The notes beneath the pieces were generated by a model, which saw nothing but the letters and a program-made list of their open reading frames with translations, was not told where the DNA came from and searched no databases. 64,000 nt of DNA from Pseudogymnoascus verrucosus (taxonomy: Eukaryota), in NCBI GenBank assembly GCA_001662655.1, contig KV460221.1; one strand, given 5' to 3'. A program made the position numbers and the translations under genes. This document shows positions 11,039-23,653 of this stretch, in pieces. Each line of letters starts with the position of its first letter. Within the stretch, counting starts at the first letter, position 1.

Positions 11039-11972
11039 CTAATGATCGATTTTGAGAGAGAAATCCACATGCGGCACGCCCTGGTGAATCGCGCTGGTCG
11101 AGATGATATCGATATCTGCTTCTGTTAGCCAAACCTCCGCATCCAAAGCATAACATGTCTGTCTTACCATTACACACGTACTCCCTCACATTCTCCCTCG
11201 TGAGTCCCCCACTACACTCAAGCAGAACTCCCTTCTTCCCCTCCCACCTACCCCGTATCGCCTTCGCTGCAATCTTCAGCCCCTCACCTCCAAAGTTATC
11301 CAACATCACCACATCCGCGCCTGCCTCAATCGCCTCATCGGCACCATCCTCACTATCAACCTCCACCTCGATCTTCAGCGCGAACCCGCCCACCTTCCGC
11401 GCCGCCCTTACCGCCTCCGTTATACTCCCTCGCGCCCAGATATGGTTATCTTTCAGCATGATCATGCTCGATAGATCATGCCTGTGAGCATCCGCCCCAC
11501 CAACAAGCATCCCATACTTCTCCACCACCCGAAACCCCGGCGTTGTCTTGCGCGTTCCAGCAAGGATCCCAGTATATCCCGCACCACGCACCAGCTCCAC
11601 CATCTCGTTACTCGCCGTTGCAACACCTGAGCACCTCGCCAGCGCATTCAGTGCCACGCGCTCGCCCAGAAGGAGCTGCCTCGTCGGCCCCGACACGGTC
11701 GCGACGCGGATAGGGTTCCCTGGTGTGGGCGCAACGGCGGAGCCCTCGGACAGGTGCCAGGTGACAGTGCAGCCGCATTGGGTGAAGACTTCGGTGAAGA
11801 AGGGGACGCCGGCGAGGATGCCGTTTGATTTGGCGAAAAGGGTGGCGGTGCGGGGGGAGGAGCCGACGACGTAGCCGGCGGGGTCGAGTGAGGGGCAGTC
11901 TTCGGCGAGCCAGCTAGTGATGAGGGACTTGTAGGAGGAGGGGAGGAGGTCGGCGAGATCGGGGGAGGACAT
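11039..11972 (-). CDS. BNA6: Nicotinate-nucleotide pyrophosphorylase (quinolinate phosphoribosyltransferase)
   Basis: 'WLAEDCPS.D', 'ERVALN', 'GTRKTTPGFR..EKY', 'HRHDLSSMIMLKDNH', 'VMLDN', 'ECSGG'. Intron ~11117-11167, then 'DIDIISTSAIHQGVPHVDFSLKIDH*'. Confidence 0.95.
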
Positions 11973-12566
11973 GGTGACTGTTGTAGCCGTCGTGGTCGTC
12001 GTAGTGCGTAGATGGGATGTAGATTGGCCGGCGGTATGTGTTGTTCTTCTGGTGATAGTTGTAGTGGTCGTGGGATGCTGTGATGTTGCGGCGGTTTTCG
12101 GCGGGGTCGGGTCCAGTGAAGTGGAGACATTGTGCCCAGGCGGCCGGCGGGGTCTAGCGTGGCGCCGTTGGCGATCCGGCGATGGTTACTTTGACACTTA
12201 ACACCTTGCCCCTTTTAACGCCTGTTGGTTCTGACTGTCTTAGTCGTACGGTCTAGTTTCCATGGCCTCCTAACTGGTGGTACGATGCATAGGTTGCGAA
12301 AAGGTCTGGCTGGCCATATAACAAGCACCAGCCTGCGAATCCTATCACCACTATAAATGTTTACTCGTTACAGCAACTGTGAGCAACATAATCGCTCTTT
12401 ATGATTAAATATTATAATTATTACATCGCAGCTTGTCAATGCTCTGGTTACTCAGAGGTTGAGCTAAAAGAAGATTCTATTACCTTAAATTGTAGCTATC
12501 AATGCTGATAGATGTTCGATGGAACGAGTCAAGAACATAGTGCCGACGTGCAGATCAAAATAGATA

Positions 12567-12949
12567 TGAGAAAGCGTATTGTCGAGACTTCTCATGGACA
12601 AGCAACTAATCTGCCCGCTTCCCGAGTTGGTCGAGGAGAATCTACTCCCCTCTCGGCCCAAATCCACAGTAACGAAGCTAAGGGCGATATCATCGAAAAG
12701 AAAGCTTCAAAAAATCGAACAGAGTTCTTACAAAATTTGGTCTACCATTGGGTTTTCATCCCCATATTCATCCTCATCAAGTATCTGGCGTTATGTATCG
12801 CTATTGGAGCCGTAATGACTATTGTTTTGGGTATGGTTGCCATCGGCGCCGCCATCGCAGCAACGATGGTATACTATTCATATCAGATGGGCATCGAGGA
12901 CATTGTGAGGTATGCTATTCGCATCCATATGCGTAAACACATCTGCTAA
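12567..12949 (+). CDS. Hypothetical small membrane protein
   Basis: ORF with a long hydrophobic stretch (WVFIPIFILIKYLALCIAIGAVMTIVLGMVAIGAAIAA); no recognised family; start uncertain. Confidence 0.35.
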
Positions 12950-13769
12950 CTCTCCAAAGCTACTTATTCCGAGGAAGGGGAGTATAAACGTGCCGACGGA
13001 AGCAGATTGTAACTCTATGCAAGGCTGGTAGCCGTACTCCTTTCGCAGCTTCGGAATTCCTGTATTGCATATATTGCCGCCTTGTCGCTATCTGTCTCTC
13101 GGCCGGGTCTCGGTCTGCTTCCATGGGTTTTGATTTCGCAAGAGTCACGCGAGAGTAAATGTATAGGTGCATCTTCTGTGAACGTTTCCTCGACTGAGAG
13201 GAGATGCATTGCGCTAAGTGCGTTGTATACCCAACTTTGGCGTCTGAGGATTGAGGTAGTTTGTGGAGATTGGGTGAGCAGAGGTAAGATTGGGAAAGCG
13301 ATGGGGAATTAGGAAATATCATGAGGCGGGAAGGCGCGAAGGGGGCCCAAAAGGTTTTCATTGGGGAGGAGTGAATGATAGAGGCAGTAAGAGTGAGGTG
13401 AGGAAGGTGCAAATAAGGACACTAAAAAACGTTCATTACATAAAGATTTCCATTAAAATGCCCATATGTGCAGAGAATATGTACGAGTACACGCTATATA
13501 CCCCCAGGGCCCAGCAAAATAGTGCATATCGAAGACAAATCCGCCCAGCGCAATACATAACATGAATAAATCGTGCAAAAATGCAAAACAAAATCCCAAA
13601 ATCCCAATCGGACACCAAACCCGGCGGGCCGCTTCTACGATATACGTGTGGCTCCGCAAAAACGGGGGGCCGTTTTAGCGCTCTGCTCTGCTCTCATCTC
13701 CGAAAAGATAAAAGAGAGGGAGAGTACGCTGATAAAATTATGATCCATGAAGGAACAAAAGAGAGTAGA

Positions 13770-15743
13770 CTACAACGAGTGACCATGCGTCTTCGCCGCG
13801 GCATCTCTATATGCATCGCCCTTGTCGGTCACCTCCGCGTCGGGAGTCGAGGCATCGAGGACAGTCTCGCCCTTCCCAGCGGAGCTGTTGTCGGAGCTAC
13901 GCACAGTAGTCATTTCGACCACCGCATCGTCCTCGTGCCAGAAATCACGCTTGCCGCGTGCTGCACGCACGACCCACGGTGGCAGAACGCCTCCGACGAG
14001 CTTGTACGTCCAAGGCTCCTTGTGCATCTTTCCGGGTGGGACACAGCGGCCGCCCGATGCCTTCTCGATGATCCAGACCGTGGTGTTGATGATGGCGTAG
14101 GTAACGATACCGCCGATGAGGCCGTAGGCAATGGAGTAGGTGAACGGCATAACGGCGAGGGTGACGAACGCAGGGATGGCGTCGCCGGGGTAGCGCCAGT
14201 TAATTGCGGCAGCGGCCTTGCACATCATGGAGCCGACGATGACGAGGGTGCAGCCGGTGGCCCAGGGTGGGATGGACGCGAAGATCGGGGCGAAGAAGAT
14301 GGCGATGAAGAAGCAGATGCCCGAGGTTATGGCGGTGATACCGGTCTTGCCGCCTTCTGAGATACCGGCACCGGATTCGATGAAGGCGGTTACGGGGGAC
14401 AGGCCGAAGAGGGAGCCGATTGTGATGCCGAAGGCTGAATGGGTTAGCATTTGTGGTGGGTAAGGATGAGTTGGGGGTGGGGCTTACCATCGACCATGTA
14501 AGCTACTGCAGAGCCTTCAAAATCCTGGGTGACAGGGTCGATCGCGCCGGCAAGATGAGCCATGGAGTAGAGCGTTCCGGTACAATCCATAATATCAACA
14601 TAGAGGAAAGTGATGAATGCAAGGCCAAACTGCCCACTAGCGCCACTCAGGTTCCAGTGCAGGACATTAAGCGTCTTCTCGATGGGGTGGAAGGTGACCA
14701 CTTGTTTGAAGAAGTCGAACATCTCATCTCCCGCAGGGGTGTGGGGGAAGTATGTGACAGATGAGTTGCGCGGCCAGGAGGTGATCGCGACCAAAGCGAT
14801 ACCAGCAATAATAGCGCCCTTGACTCTGTACATAAGCAAGAGGGCAGTAAGCATGCCACCGCAGAAGATCCCGATCCACATGGTTGGAGAGCGCATCTTC
14901 GTCGAGTTTGGGCATATACCATCTACCATTGCGGATGCAACGCAACCAGCAAGCTCGACGGGGGTGTCCTTCGCTCCAGTGATGAGGCCGATTCCCGCGC
15001 TGTAGCCCAGACCGATAATAGCTGATAAATTAGCATCCGCTGTATCAGTCTCAGAGGCCGAAGGAACTTACTCAAGTAAAGTCCAATGCCTACAGATGAG
15101 GCCAGCTTGATGGAGGCTGGAATAGATCTCGCGAGCCATTGGCGCAGTCCCAGCAGCGAGAGTCCCACAAAAACCAATCCCTCCACAAAAACTGCAGTAA
15201 GCGCGAGGTTATATGAGACAGGTCCTGATCCGTGGAAGCCGACAACTGTGTATGTGAAGTAGGCGTTCAGACCCATTCCAGGCGCCAGGGCAATCGGCAT
15301 GTTCGCGCAGAGTCCCATCATGACGGAGGTGAGAGCGGCAATGGCAGCGGTACCGGTGACGAAGTCGCGGTGGATAATCGCAAGACAGGACTGATAGCCT
15401 GGGTCGTCGTCGCAACTCGTCATGCCCGCGGGGCACTCGCAGGGGCCGCCGCTGTCGGTGAGGATGGTGGAATTGACCTAGACACCGTCAGTTGTCGCTC
15501 CGAGGATGGCTGTAGAGAAGCATACCGAGATGATGTAGGCCATGGCGAAGAAGGTCGCCAGGCCGGCTCTGATCTCCGTCAGGAAGCGCGAGTCCTTCCT
15601 CTCATAGCGCTGTGCTGTGTTAGATTCTTGCAGCGCAGGCGCAGAGACCGGGTACTCACATGTCCCGAGCCCTCGAGGCGGAAGCGGCGACCGACGAAGC
15701 TGTTCGCAACGCGATCATTGATGATCTTCGCGTAGTCCTTCAT
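13770..15743 (-). CDS. azgA: AzgA-like (NCS2 family) purine permease, multi-exon
   Basis: 'FRLEGSGH', 'TEIRAGLATFFAMAYII', 'ANMPIALAPGMGLNAYF', 'SPVTAFIESGAGISEGGKTG', 'MPFTYSIAYG'; canonical introns join the ORF fragments. Confidence 0.92.
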
Positions 15744-17669
15744 GTTGGAAGTGGTGCGTCAGAGAAGCTGTCCGGCGCAAACTCTGAAGTGCAAGAACAA
15801 GATCCCAGTGCCTACGCAAGGGAAATCTGCTGTTTATGTAGAAAGTCAGCGTCTGAGAGTCGGCACTCGACGAACGCGACTATGAATATTCGGCGCGTGT
15901 GAGAAGGGAGAAGCAATCGCGGTTCATGTGGCCATGAGTAGAGAGGCTTGAAGAAGATTCTTGTGACGGTTCCGGCCGAGTTGCCTTATCTCGATCTTAT
16001 GCAGACCATGAAATTGGGATTGGAAATGACTTACCACCCACAGGATGCGGACCTTCAAAGGTTATGCACGAAAAAGCTTTTAGTTTTCTTCTGACATGAG
16101 ATAAGACTAACCCCGAAGAAGTATCAGGTCGAATTAAATGGTAGAGCTAGTAGAGCTAGTGCTTCTAGTATGGACTTCTTCGGGTGGATTTCGGTGAGGA
16201 TCCAGCCAACTAAATGTTCTAGAGACAAATAGGGTCAGCTAGGGTGCTAAGTGCGGGGAGCAGGCACGCGAGGACCACAAGCCAATGGTTATCAGACCGC
16301 GCTCTAAGACCACTTAGAAAGCAGGAAGACAGTAGTCCGAAAATAGTAAGAAGGTAGTAAGAAAGTAGTGTGGAATGCGGAAAGTGCGTGTTAGAAGTGG
16401 AGAGTGGAGATGAGAGAAGATAAGGGAGATGAACGGGAATAGTAGAAGAGAAGATCGGGAATAGTTCGAGAGGTATAAGTGTCAAAAAACAAGAGTAGGT
16501 TGTGGGTTTACTTGTACCTGAATATATGGGTATAAGGTGAATAAGGAAGAGCGGCAACGAGGGGGTTGATGATTCACACTGATGTACTACACACTTTGGC
16601 GTGTTGTAATAGAAAGCTCTTAAAACCCATAGCCATTCCAACTAATGATCGCTACTGCCGAAATTCCATGCCGTGTACAGTACCATACATAGAAGGTGGT
16701 GCTGTACTCCATAACTTAACTTTTATAGATGTGGGTGGCGACCGCTCTCCCGTCGTCGTCTGCCGGCAACGCCGAAATAAAATGAAAATAATCAATTAAA
16801 GCAGTCAAACAATTAAAAGGGACGATAAAACAATAAAACCGACGTACCGTAATAAAGACTCCGATCTAGGCCAAACCTCGGCTCGTACCACAACACCCTG
16901 CTACCGATCCGCCACGCGACCGCCACCCCACCCATCGGCGAATCGGCGCTCCGCCCGTATCTCTCCCGACGCCGCCTTATCATATCTCTCCCACGCCCAT
17001 CCCTATCACCAGTACGCCACCAGTACGCCACCACCACCCCATTGGCAACGTCAAGCCTCTATCATTTCCCCGCATTACGGACCCCTCCGCAGGATCTACG
17101 TTGGAGCCATGCTGATACCAGGAACTGGCGGGATGTGGCGAGCTCCGGGCTGCGTGGTTGTTGGTAGGATATTATCTCGTGCACCCCTGACGATGTCTGA
17201 GTTGCGCGGACGGGGTGGTGGATGAACTCGGGGTGATACGGCCATGGGGGACTGCGCGACTCGGAAGTATCAGATGAGTTCAGATCCGCCGAGCGTACCG
17301 AGCCTTTTCCTGTATTCGCCGAAAGGTGACTATATGGGCGTTATACAGAGGATAGTTGTCGCAGGTGAGTTGCACAGAAGCTTCCTCCTGCCAAGGCCCA
17401 TGATTGCTTGCGGGAAAAGTAGAGACGGAGATGGTACGTAGTACAAAGGGGTTCTCGTTCCATGCGAGCCACTGTTTGGTGCTTGGTCATGGAATTTTCG
17501 TGCTGTTGCTCTTTCTTCATGCGAGTTTATGCTTGATGCTTGGTAATGCGGCCGTTCTTTTTTGGCTCTGTGGAGTTGTTGCCCCTTGCTTTGAGGCCTG
17601 GAAAGCTGAGGTGATCAGCTGGTGGCAAAGGGAGATGGAGTTGAGGAGAGACATGATGACAGGGGGGTT

Positions 17670-17820
17670 CAGACGAAGAGTTCAAAGAAGGCAGGAACAA
17701 GGTTCCCAGGGAAGGTGCGAACAAGGAGCCCAAGGAAAGTGTGAACGAGGAGCTTAGGGAAGGCGCGACCGATGATTTTATTGAAGGCTCAAACGACCTC
17801 AGAGAAGGTGCGAACGCGGA
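17670..17820 (+). repeat. Degenerate ~24 bp tandem repeat (peptide unit ~x-x-L/F/P-R/K-E-G-A-N)
   Basis: Translates DEEFKEGRN KVPREGAN KEPKESVN EELREGAT DDFIEGSN DLREGAN. Confidence 0.5.
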
Positions 17821-17860
17821 GGAGCTTGCCGCAGTTGAGATGTGGGCTCACTACCGCTAT

Positions 17861-18914
17861 TCACTCCCGCCACTGTGCCCCATCTCCCGTCAGTCCCGAC
17901 GGCTCAAGTCTGGGGCGGTTTACCCCCTCCGCATCCGCATCCGCATCCGTTCCACGAAGAGTACCATCAACATCTCCCTCCTCATCATGATACTCCTCTT
18001 CCACTCTCGCACCCTCGCCAATCAACAACCTCTCGCTCTCCCGACCCCCACGGGAATCCTCGAGGTCACCAGGCTCCGTACCACTCATGAAACGCATCCA
18101 AGCAGGTCGAGTCCATGCAGTGCTTCTCATCTGCGTGCTCAGTATAGCCACCTGAAAGGATTAGCAAGCTGCTACACAACCGCTACAAGCAGACGACCTC
18201 CACAGCCCAGATCTCCCCTCCGAGGGCACTGGAAGAATCACGCACCTTCACCACAAAAACCGCCACGGCAACCCCAACCAACACCCCCGCCATCCTCTTC
18301 TCCTCCTCCGCCCAAGCCCGTCCGCACGCAACTTCCCTCCCCAACACCTCCCTACACTGGTCCGCGCCGCTCTTCCCATGCGGAAACGGCCATGCCCGAT
18401 CTACCACGCTATTAAACCCACAGCATGTCCACCGATCCTGGATTCTCCGTATCGCATCTGCGTTCTTTGCGCGGTATAGTGCTGACCAGCGCTCTTCAAG
18501 GCCACAGCTCGCAGGTAGATATGTGAGTGCCCAAGTCGCAAGGGCGGTTTCGAAGGTGGTGATGAGAGTGAGGAGAGTGGTGAAGGTGGGAAGGTTGGAG
18601 GGGCGGAGGAGGCGGGTGAGGTAGGTTGTCGTGAGGGTCGTGAGGATTGGGAGGAGGGTTATGAGGAGGGGAAGAGTGAGGGGAAAGGGGAGAGAGAGGA
18701 GGCGGATTTGGCTGTAGGCGTAGCTGGCGGACGGTGTTAGCATTCGGGAGCTGGATGAAGGCAGGATCATGTGGGAGGACATACCCAGCAAGTGCTGTTA
18801 GGAGGATGATGACCTGTGGTGATGATGTTCGTTAGCTGTATTCTCTGTGGCGTGAAACATAGCAAGAAGACTTACAGCAGCAACTGTTACTACCGCAATT
18901 TGTACGAGTGTCAT
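17861..18914 (-). CDS. Fungal tetraspanin (Tsp3-like), 4 predicted exons
   Basis: Several TM segments; extracellular loop 'CGLEERW...IRRIQDRWTCCGFNS..DRAWPFP...C...C'; acidic C-terminal exon 17861-18151; GT-AG introns in frame. Confidence 0.8.
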
Positions 18915-19482
18915 CGTGAAGGTGTGTTGTTCGTTTGCAGCGGCTTCCAGGCTAGAAAGCAAGGGCCACGAATATATCCGGCTTTGAAGATAAACTGTGT
19001 CGAGGTTGTCTTAGAGTATGAAGACTCGAGCGCAGTGTAATCTGGAGTGCAAAATGTAATCCCTTTGACCACATCAAAGACATGTAGAGGAGCGTTTGGG
19101 GTGAGAACGTACGCAAGGCTGACCGCCAAGACATGTTGTTGGTGGGTGGGCTCCCCTGCTCGATCTACGAACCAGTTGATGCGCTGGTACCCATTTCCCC
19201 GTCGTTGTCGCCAGACGGTCTATTCTGGAACTATAGTAATCGAATAAGCTATGCAGAAAGTCTCTAAGGGCCATAGCCATATATATTTAAAGTTTTGTGT
19301 CCCTATGTTATTGATGGACGATTTCACGAAGGCTGCTCTGTGTATCGATCATCGTACAGCTAGCGTTAGCTAGCTGCGGTAAGACAATGTCATCTCGGGG
19401 GCTAATAGTGAATAGTGACAGGGGTCAACACCGTTCATCAGTGTTGGGCGCGTAGCTCGGCGGTGACCCCCTCGCCCTACCA

Positions 19483-20282
19483 ATGCAGGTCATAATACAT
19501 GAGGATCAAGATGTGCAGAAGCACTGTCTACAATTGCCTCTCTTACCCTTACCCCACCTGAGCATAGGTTATTATCATGCTTCGTGCAAGACGCCATTGA
19601 TCCCAAAGCCACGGCTTTATATGTCCTCCAGCGAGCATCCCAAAATGGCAAAGATTTAATACACAGGGAAACTGAGCTCTACACCCTCCTTGAAGACTGG
19701 AAAAGGCTTGTAAAACGATGTCCAGCTCTCTCTAATTGCTCCCTTATAGAGCGTTGAATTAGGTTAGCTAAGATCTCTTTTAGTTACATCGCCAACCCAG
19801 GTATCAGCGGCGACGAAGTCCTTGGTTGCGGAACGTGATGGCGGATTCTGCTGCATAACGAGGCGACCAAAAGTATGGTGCGATGTCTTTGGCTGGAGTC
19901 GCCCTATGTCTGTCCGCATCGTTCCAACAGATGTGATTAACAGATGTGATTACGGGCCTAGAAAACAGCACTTGCAAGGTAGGCAATCTCTATCGTTGGC
20001 ATGAAAATGCTAACCTAGCATTCTTAGTACACGTTAAGCTATGGGTTGGTCCGTCCTTTCGTTGGGATCGAGAACGACAAGGGGAAGATAGTCCGCTCTC
20101 TTGAGGTCGTTAGTATCTCTACAAAGGAGCCCCAGGGATTGCCTCTCTCAAGTGCCTTTCTCTTTAGCATCCATGCCCGTTTCTGTAACTCTCTACGATG
20201 GGTTCAAGTTCAAGATCAGATGCAGCGCGGCTGGCCAGGAAACGCCTTCTGGCACAGCTGCAAGACGACATTTCGCAAAATT
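19483..20282 (+). pseudogene. Disrupted N-terminal HNH-like region belonging to the downstream phosphotransferase gene
   Basis: 'LLSCFVQDAIDP', 'VAERDGGFCCIT', 'EPQGLPLSSAFLFSIHARF'. Frameshift near 19519; phase mismatch across the intron at ~19979-20027. Confidence 0.5.
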
Positions 20283-21086
20283 ATGAGCTGTACAATTCCT
20301 ATGTTTAGGCGTCTGTGGCTTTATTTTCCCCGCCGGACTCACGCGCTCACATACCGGCTTCTTCTACAAGTTGGGAATAAAATGTATGGGAGGACGCTTG
20401 ATTGGGTGCAACGTGTACCTTTTGGATTGTACATCAAGCATGGTCCAGGCAAGTTTGTCCCAAGAGGCGAAGGGCCTGCACTGAAGCTTGTCGAGCAGTA
20501 CACAAAAGTTGTAGCTCCGAGGCTTATAGACTTGCTTACAACTGAGAGCAAGACCTATCTCGTGATGACGCGCATACCGGGAATTCCGCTACAAGAGGCT
20601 ATTCAGAGCTTCTCGTACGCGGAACGGTCGCAACTAGCAGCCGATATACGGGGTTGCGTCTCCCAATTTCGCCAAATCCCAAACCCTAACGACGCAGCTA
20701 TCTGTAGCGCAGATGGCGGTCCCACCTTCGACTATCGACTCGAAGACCCGGCAGGGCCATTCGACAGCGAGGAAGCTTTTAATAAACATGTTATATTTCG
20801 GAAGAGTCTAAGGTCGGCCATACACGACCATCGCCATAAGATATTCTTCTCTCACGCAGATTTTAGCCCGACGAATATCCTGGTTGAGCGTGGGAAGCTC
20901 TCTGGCATCGTCGATTTTGGCTGCGCAGGCTTTTACCCAGAGTACTGGGAGTATGCGAAGGGGATCTATGGTCACTTTGGGCTGGAAACTGCGTGGCCCG
21001 GTTCCTTGTCGGATGCATTTTCAGGGTTGTATAAGGATGAATTAGCTGCAGAAAAGTTGCTATGGGAGAATGGGAACTCATTTTAA
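20283..21086 (+). CDS. Aminoglycoside phosphotransferase / choline kinase-like (APH) domain protein
   Basis: 'VQRVPFGLYIK', 'YLVMTRIPG', Brenner-type 'FSHADFSPTNILV' and 'IVDFGCAGFYPEYWEY'. True start is probably upstream. Confidence 0.85.
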   Translation: MSCTIPMFRRLWLYFPRRTHALTYRLLLQVGNKMYGRTLDWVQRVPFGLYIKHGPGKFVPRGEGPALKLVEQYTKVVAPRLIDLLTTESKTYLVMTRIPGIPLQEAIQSFSYAERSQLAADIRGCVSQFRQIPNPNDAAICSADGGPTFDYRLEDPAGPFDSEEAFNKHVIFRKSLRSAIHDHRHKIFFSHADFSPTNILVERGKLSGIVDFGCAGFYPEYWEYAKGIYGHFGLETAWPGSLSDAFSGLYKDELAAEKLLWENGNSF

Positions 21087-21192
21087 TACACAGCACATAA
21101 ATTTAGAACTTAAGAAAAACTGTTCGGCATATACAATGATGTATCTCTGTACTAATTTATTATAATCTGCCGCCTCTAAGTGTTCTCATATT

Positions 21193-21705
21193 ATGAATTC
21201 CAATATTGTGGAAAGGAAGTACGAGGATGGGGGCATGGACATTATCCCCGCTCCAGTCAGCGCCAACCGCTGGTACTGCGGAATCTACATTGTTGTATCT
21301 GACACCTACGGCATGCTTTACCATGTGAGCAACAAAAACGACGATAGCAAATGGATCTTCCAAGAACGTATGACGGAAAATGTTGTTGCATCCCACACTA
21401 TCGTTGCTGCACTACATATCGCAACCGACATCCAAGAGCAACGCCTAGCGTCCGTCCACGATATCCTCGTTGCCACGCCAGCTATTGCCGATGGCGGCAT
21501 GGACCCGAAGTCGGGATTGCATTTCGAGAGCAGCGTGTGGGTGATGGAGGTGTTGGATAGGCTTCGTGCCGCAGGGTTGATTCAAAATGAGCCGGCTAAA
21601 GATGTGGTTGAGGAAGCATATCGGCTTGCGAATCTGGCATCGCTTATTGCGTCAAAAGAGATGAGGAAATCGGATGGCCTCATTGCGTTAGGTGGTAGGA
21701 GTTGA
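21193..21705 (+). CDS. Hypothetical protein, paralog of 23654-24235
   Basis: Shares DGG, YGMLY, TI(V/I)AAL.I, RLAS.HDILV.TP, SS.WV, EMR.S with the ORF at 23654. Confidence 0.7.
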   Translation: MNSNIVERKYEDGGMDIIPAPVSANRWYCGIYIVVSDTYGMLYHVSNKNDDSKWIFQERMTENVVASHTIVAALHIATDIQEQRLASVHDILVATPAIADGGMDPKSGLHFESSVWVMEVLDRLRAAGLIQNEPAKDVVEEAYRLANLASLIASKEMRKSDGLIALGGRS

Positions 21706-21978
21706 GAGATTGTCTATTCTCATATTGCCTAGATAGTGTCCATTTGGCTAGTTAGTGGGTACATTTTCAGGGTTGTGGGGATGGATTGGTGGCAGAACAG
21801 TTGCTGTAGCAAAATGATAATCTGTAGTAGTCTGTTATCGATTTAGGGTTTGCCAAATACGGTTATTCATATGTGGGAGGTGTATTAATGAGAACTGTTC
21901 CGGCGCTTCCTGGCAAAATCGGATTTGCAGTGTCATAGAACGCTTCTTCATTATAACCTATCAAGATTCCCCTTGGGT

Positions 21979-22779
21979 TTAATTATAAAAAGGATCATAA
22001 TCAGAATAATAACCGGAGGAGATAGATTCCTCCTCCTCCGACATCACATCGTCTTCATCATCTTCATCTTCGTCTTCCTCCCACTTGTTCAAGCCCGCTA
22101 TCTGCTTCACCGAGACAACGAATCGATCTTCGTACGCAGCTCGAACCACCTTTCTCGTTCTCCATTGGAAAGTATCTGCATGGGAGACTATGAACATCAC
22201 CGCATTATAAACATCTGTGCTGTCCTTCATTTCATCCTCAAACTCGCCACGCAATATAAAATACAGCAGCTGAAAGGCTGAGTCGCGCGCCTTTGACCTG
22301 TCGCGCTTGATCGAATTTGAGGATTTGCTCGCGCCTTTGTGAACTCTTCTGCCAGTTTTCAGACCGCCAATGATCTCGTTGAGAGATTTGCCACCAAGAA
22401 CATCAATGCATAGAAACTCATACGTCTCGCAGAGAGCATGGTGTTGGGCAAGATCTGGGGGAATGGATCGGAAGCATTGGCGAAAGCCGAATTCCATCCC
22501 TTCTAGGGCTGTATCAAAATGGGCGATGGGACCGTGGACAAGCTCCTTTTGTTGATTTTGGGCTTTTGTTCTCTCAAAGTTGGCAAAGGCTGCCAGATAT
22601 GGTATTTCGGACAGCTCGATATGGTAGTCGTTGCCCCCAATTTTGATTGAGGTGGTGGTGGTTGGATACTGGGGCTATCATATGAGGCAATATCAGTTCA
22701 ATCGACCTTCATTAATTTATGAAAGTTTACTAGCCTCTGTCACCCTGAGGTCTTCGAAAAGTTCGTTAACCTCTTCCAT
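21979..22779 (-). CDS. Hypothetical fungal protein with acidic C-terminal tail
   Basis: Frame extends upstream of the listed ORF ('IPYLAAF...HGPIAHFDTALEG...FRQCFR...ARDSAFQLLYFIL.GEF'). First exon and start are uncertain. Confidence 0.6.
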
Positions 22780-23653
22780 TTTGAGATTCCTTGAATACGT
22801 CAATGTGGATGTCAAGTGAAGGCCACAGGAAGCGATGTAATAACCTTCAAAACATGCCTTCTCCTTTGGCAATTTCATAGGCTGGGTTTCGTTATTCATC
22901 ATGCAACGGTGCTGTTCTAAATAGACGATCCAACGGAAATCCTAGTTGCAAACGGTAGTCATAATGTTTGCCACAGCGAGAAGTGGTTTGCTGTGGTTAT
23001 AAGTCACTGGTTACTGTTAAATGAACAAGTACACCTTGTTCGTTTCAGGCGCTTATAATCGCCTCTACTATTAACTTAACTTGTAAAGTACTTGTTATAA
23101 CCGACCAATACTGTACTACCTACACCATTATTACAGCCTTGTGATGTTATATTGCAAACGGGACGGCGGCCGGGTGAAAGGCGTCAACCAACATGGTTGT
23201 TTCTTCCAAGCGCGCGCGACGGCCTCCAACAGCTCGGTGAGCGATGACAGCCTCCGCACTGATGATAAAACTTCGTGGTGCCTGTGACCTACCCTGATCA
23301 TGTTTGCTCACTCTAATATCCTATGCGCCTTGTGAGTCGCTTTCCAGCACCTGTTGGCTCCAACATCTCTGTGGTCTCGGTGTGCTGCCTCAAGTTGGTT
23401 CAGCCACGCTCGTGACTGGGAGGCCCAACATGGCGACCTCCTCGGTCGACCTCCTTCGTCATCGTGAGAATTATCAGTTCCAAGTCTGTGGCGCAGTTGG
23501 GATGGAATTTATTTATCATCTACGCTGTGTCTGTTCATATTTTAAAATGATCCAAACTCCTCAACACAGAACCTCAAGCAGCGATAACCCCCCTTCCGCA
23601 TTCTCACATTTTCTCATAATATATACACCTACCTCACCACAAGCAACCACACC

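Noticed and set aside
16112..16184. 11 bp inverted repeat CCCGAAGAAGT / ACTTCTTCGGG upstream of azgA
   Set aside because: Single short pair that does not match the UaY consensus; insufficient evidence for a MITE or operator.
19446..19480. GGGCGCGTAGCTCGGCGGT resembles a tRNA 5' end
   Set aside because: No complementary D-stem, anticodon arm, TTCGA T-loop or acceptor-stem partner follows.
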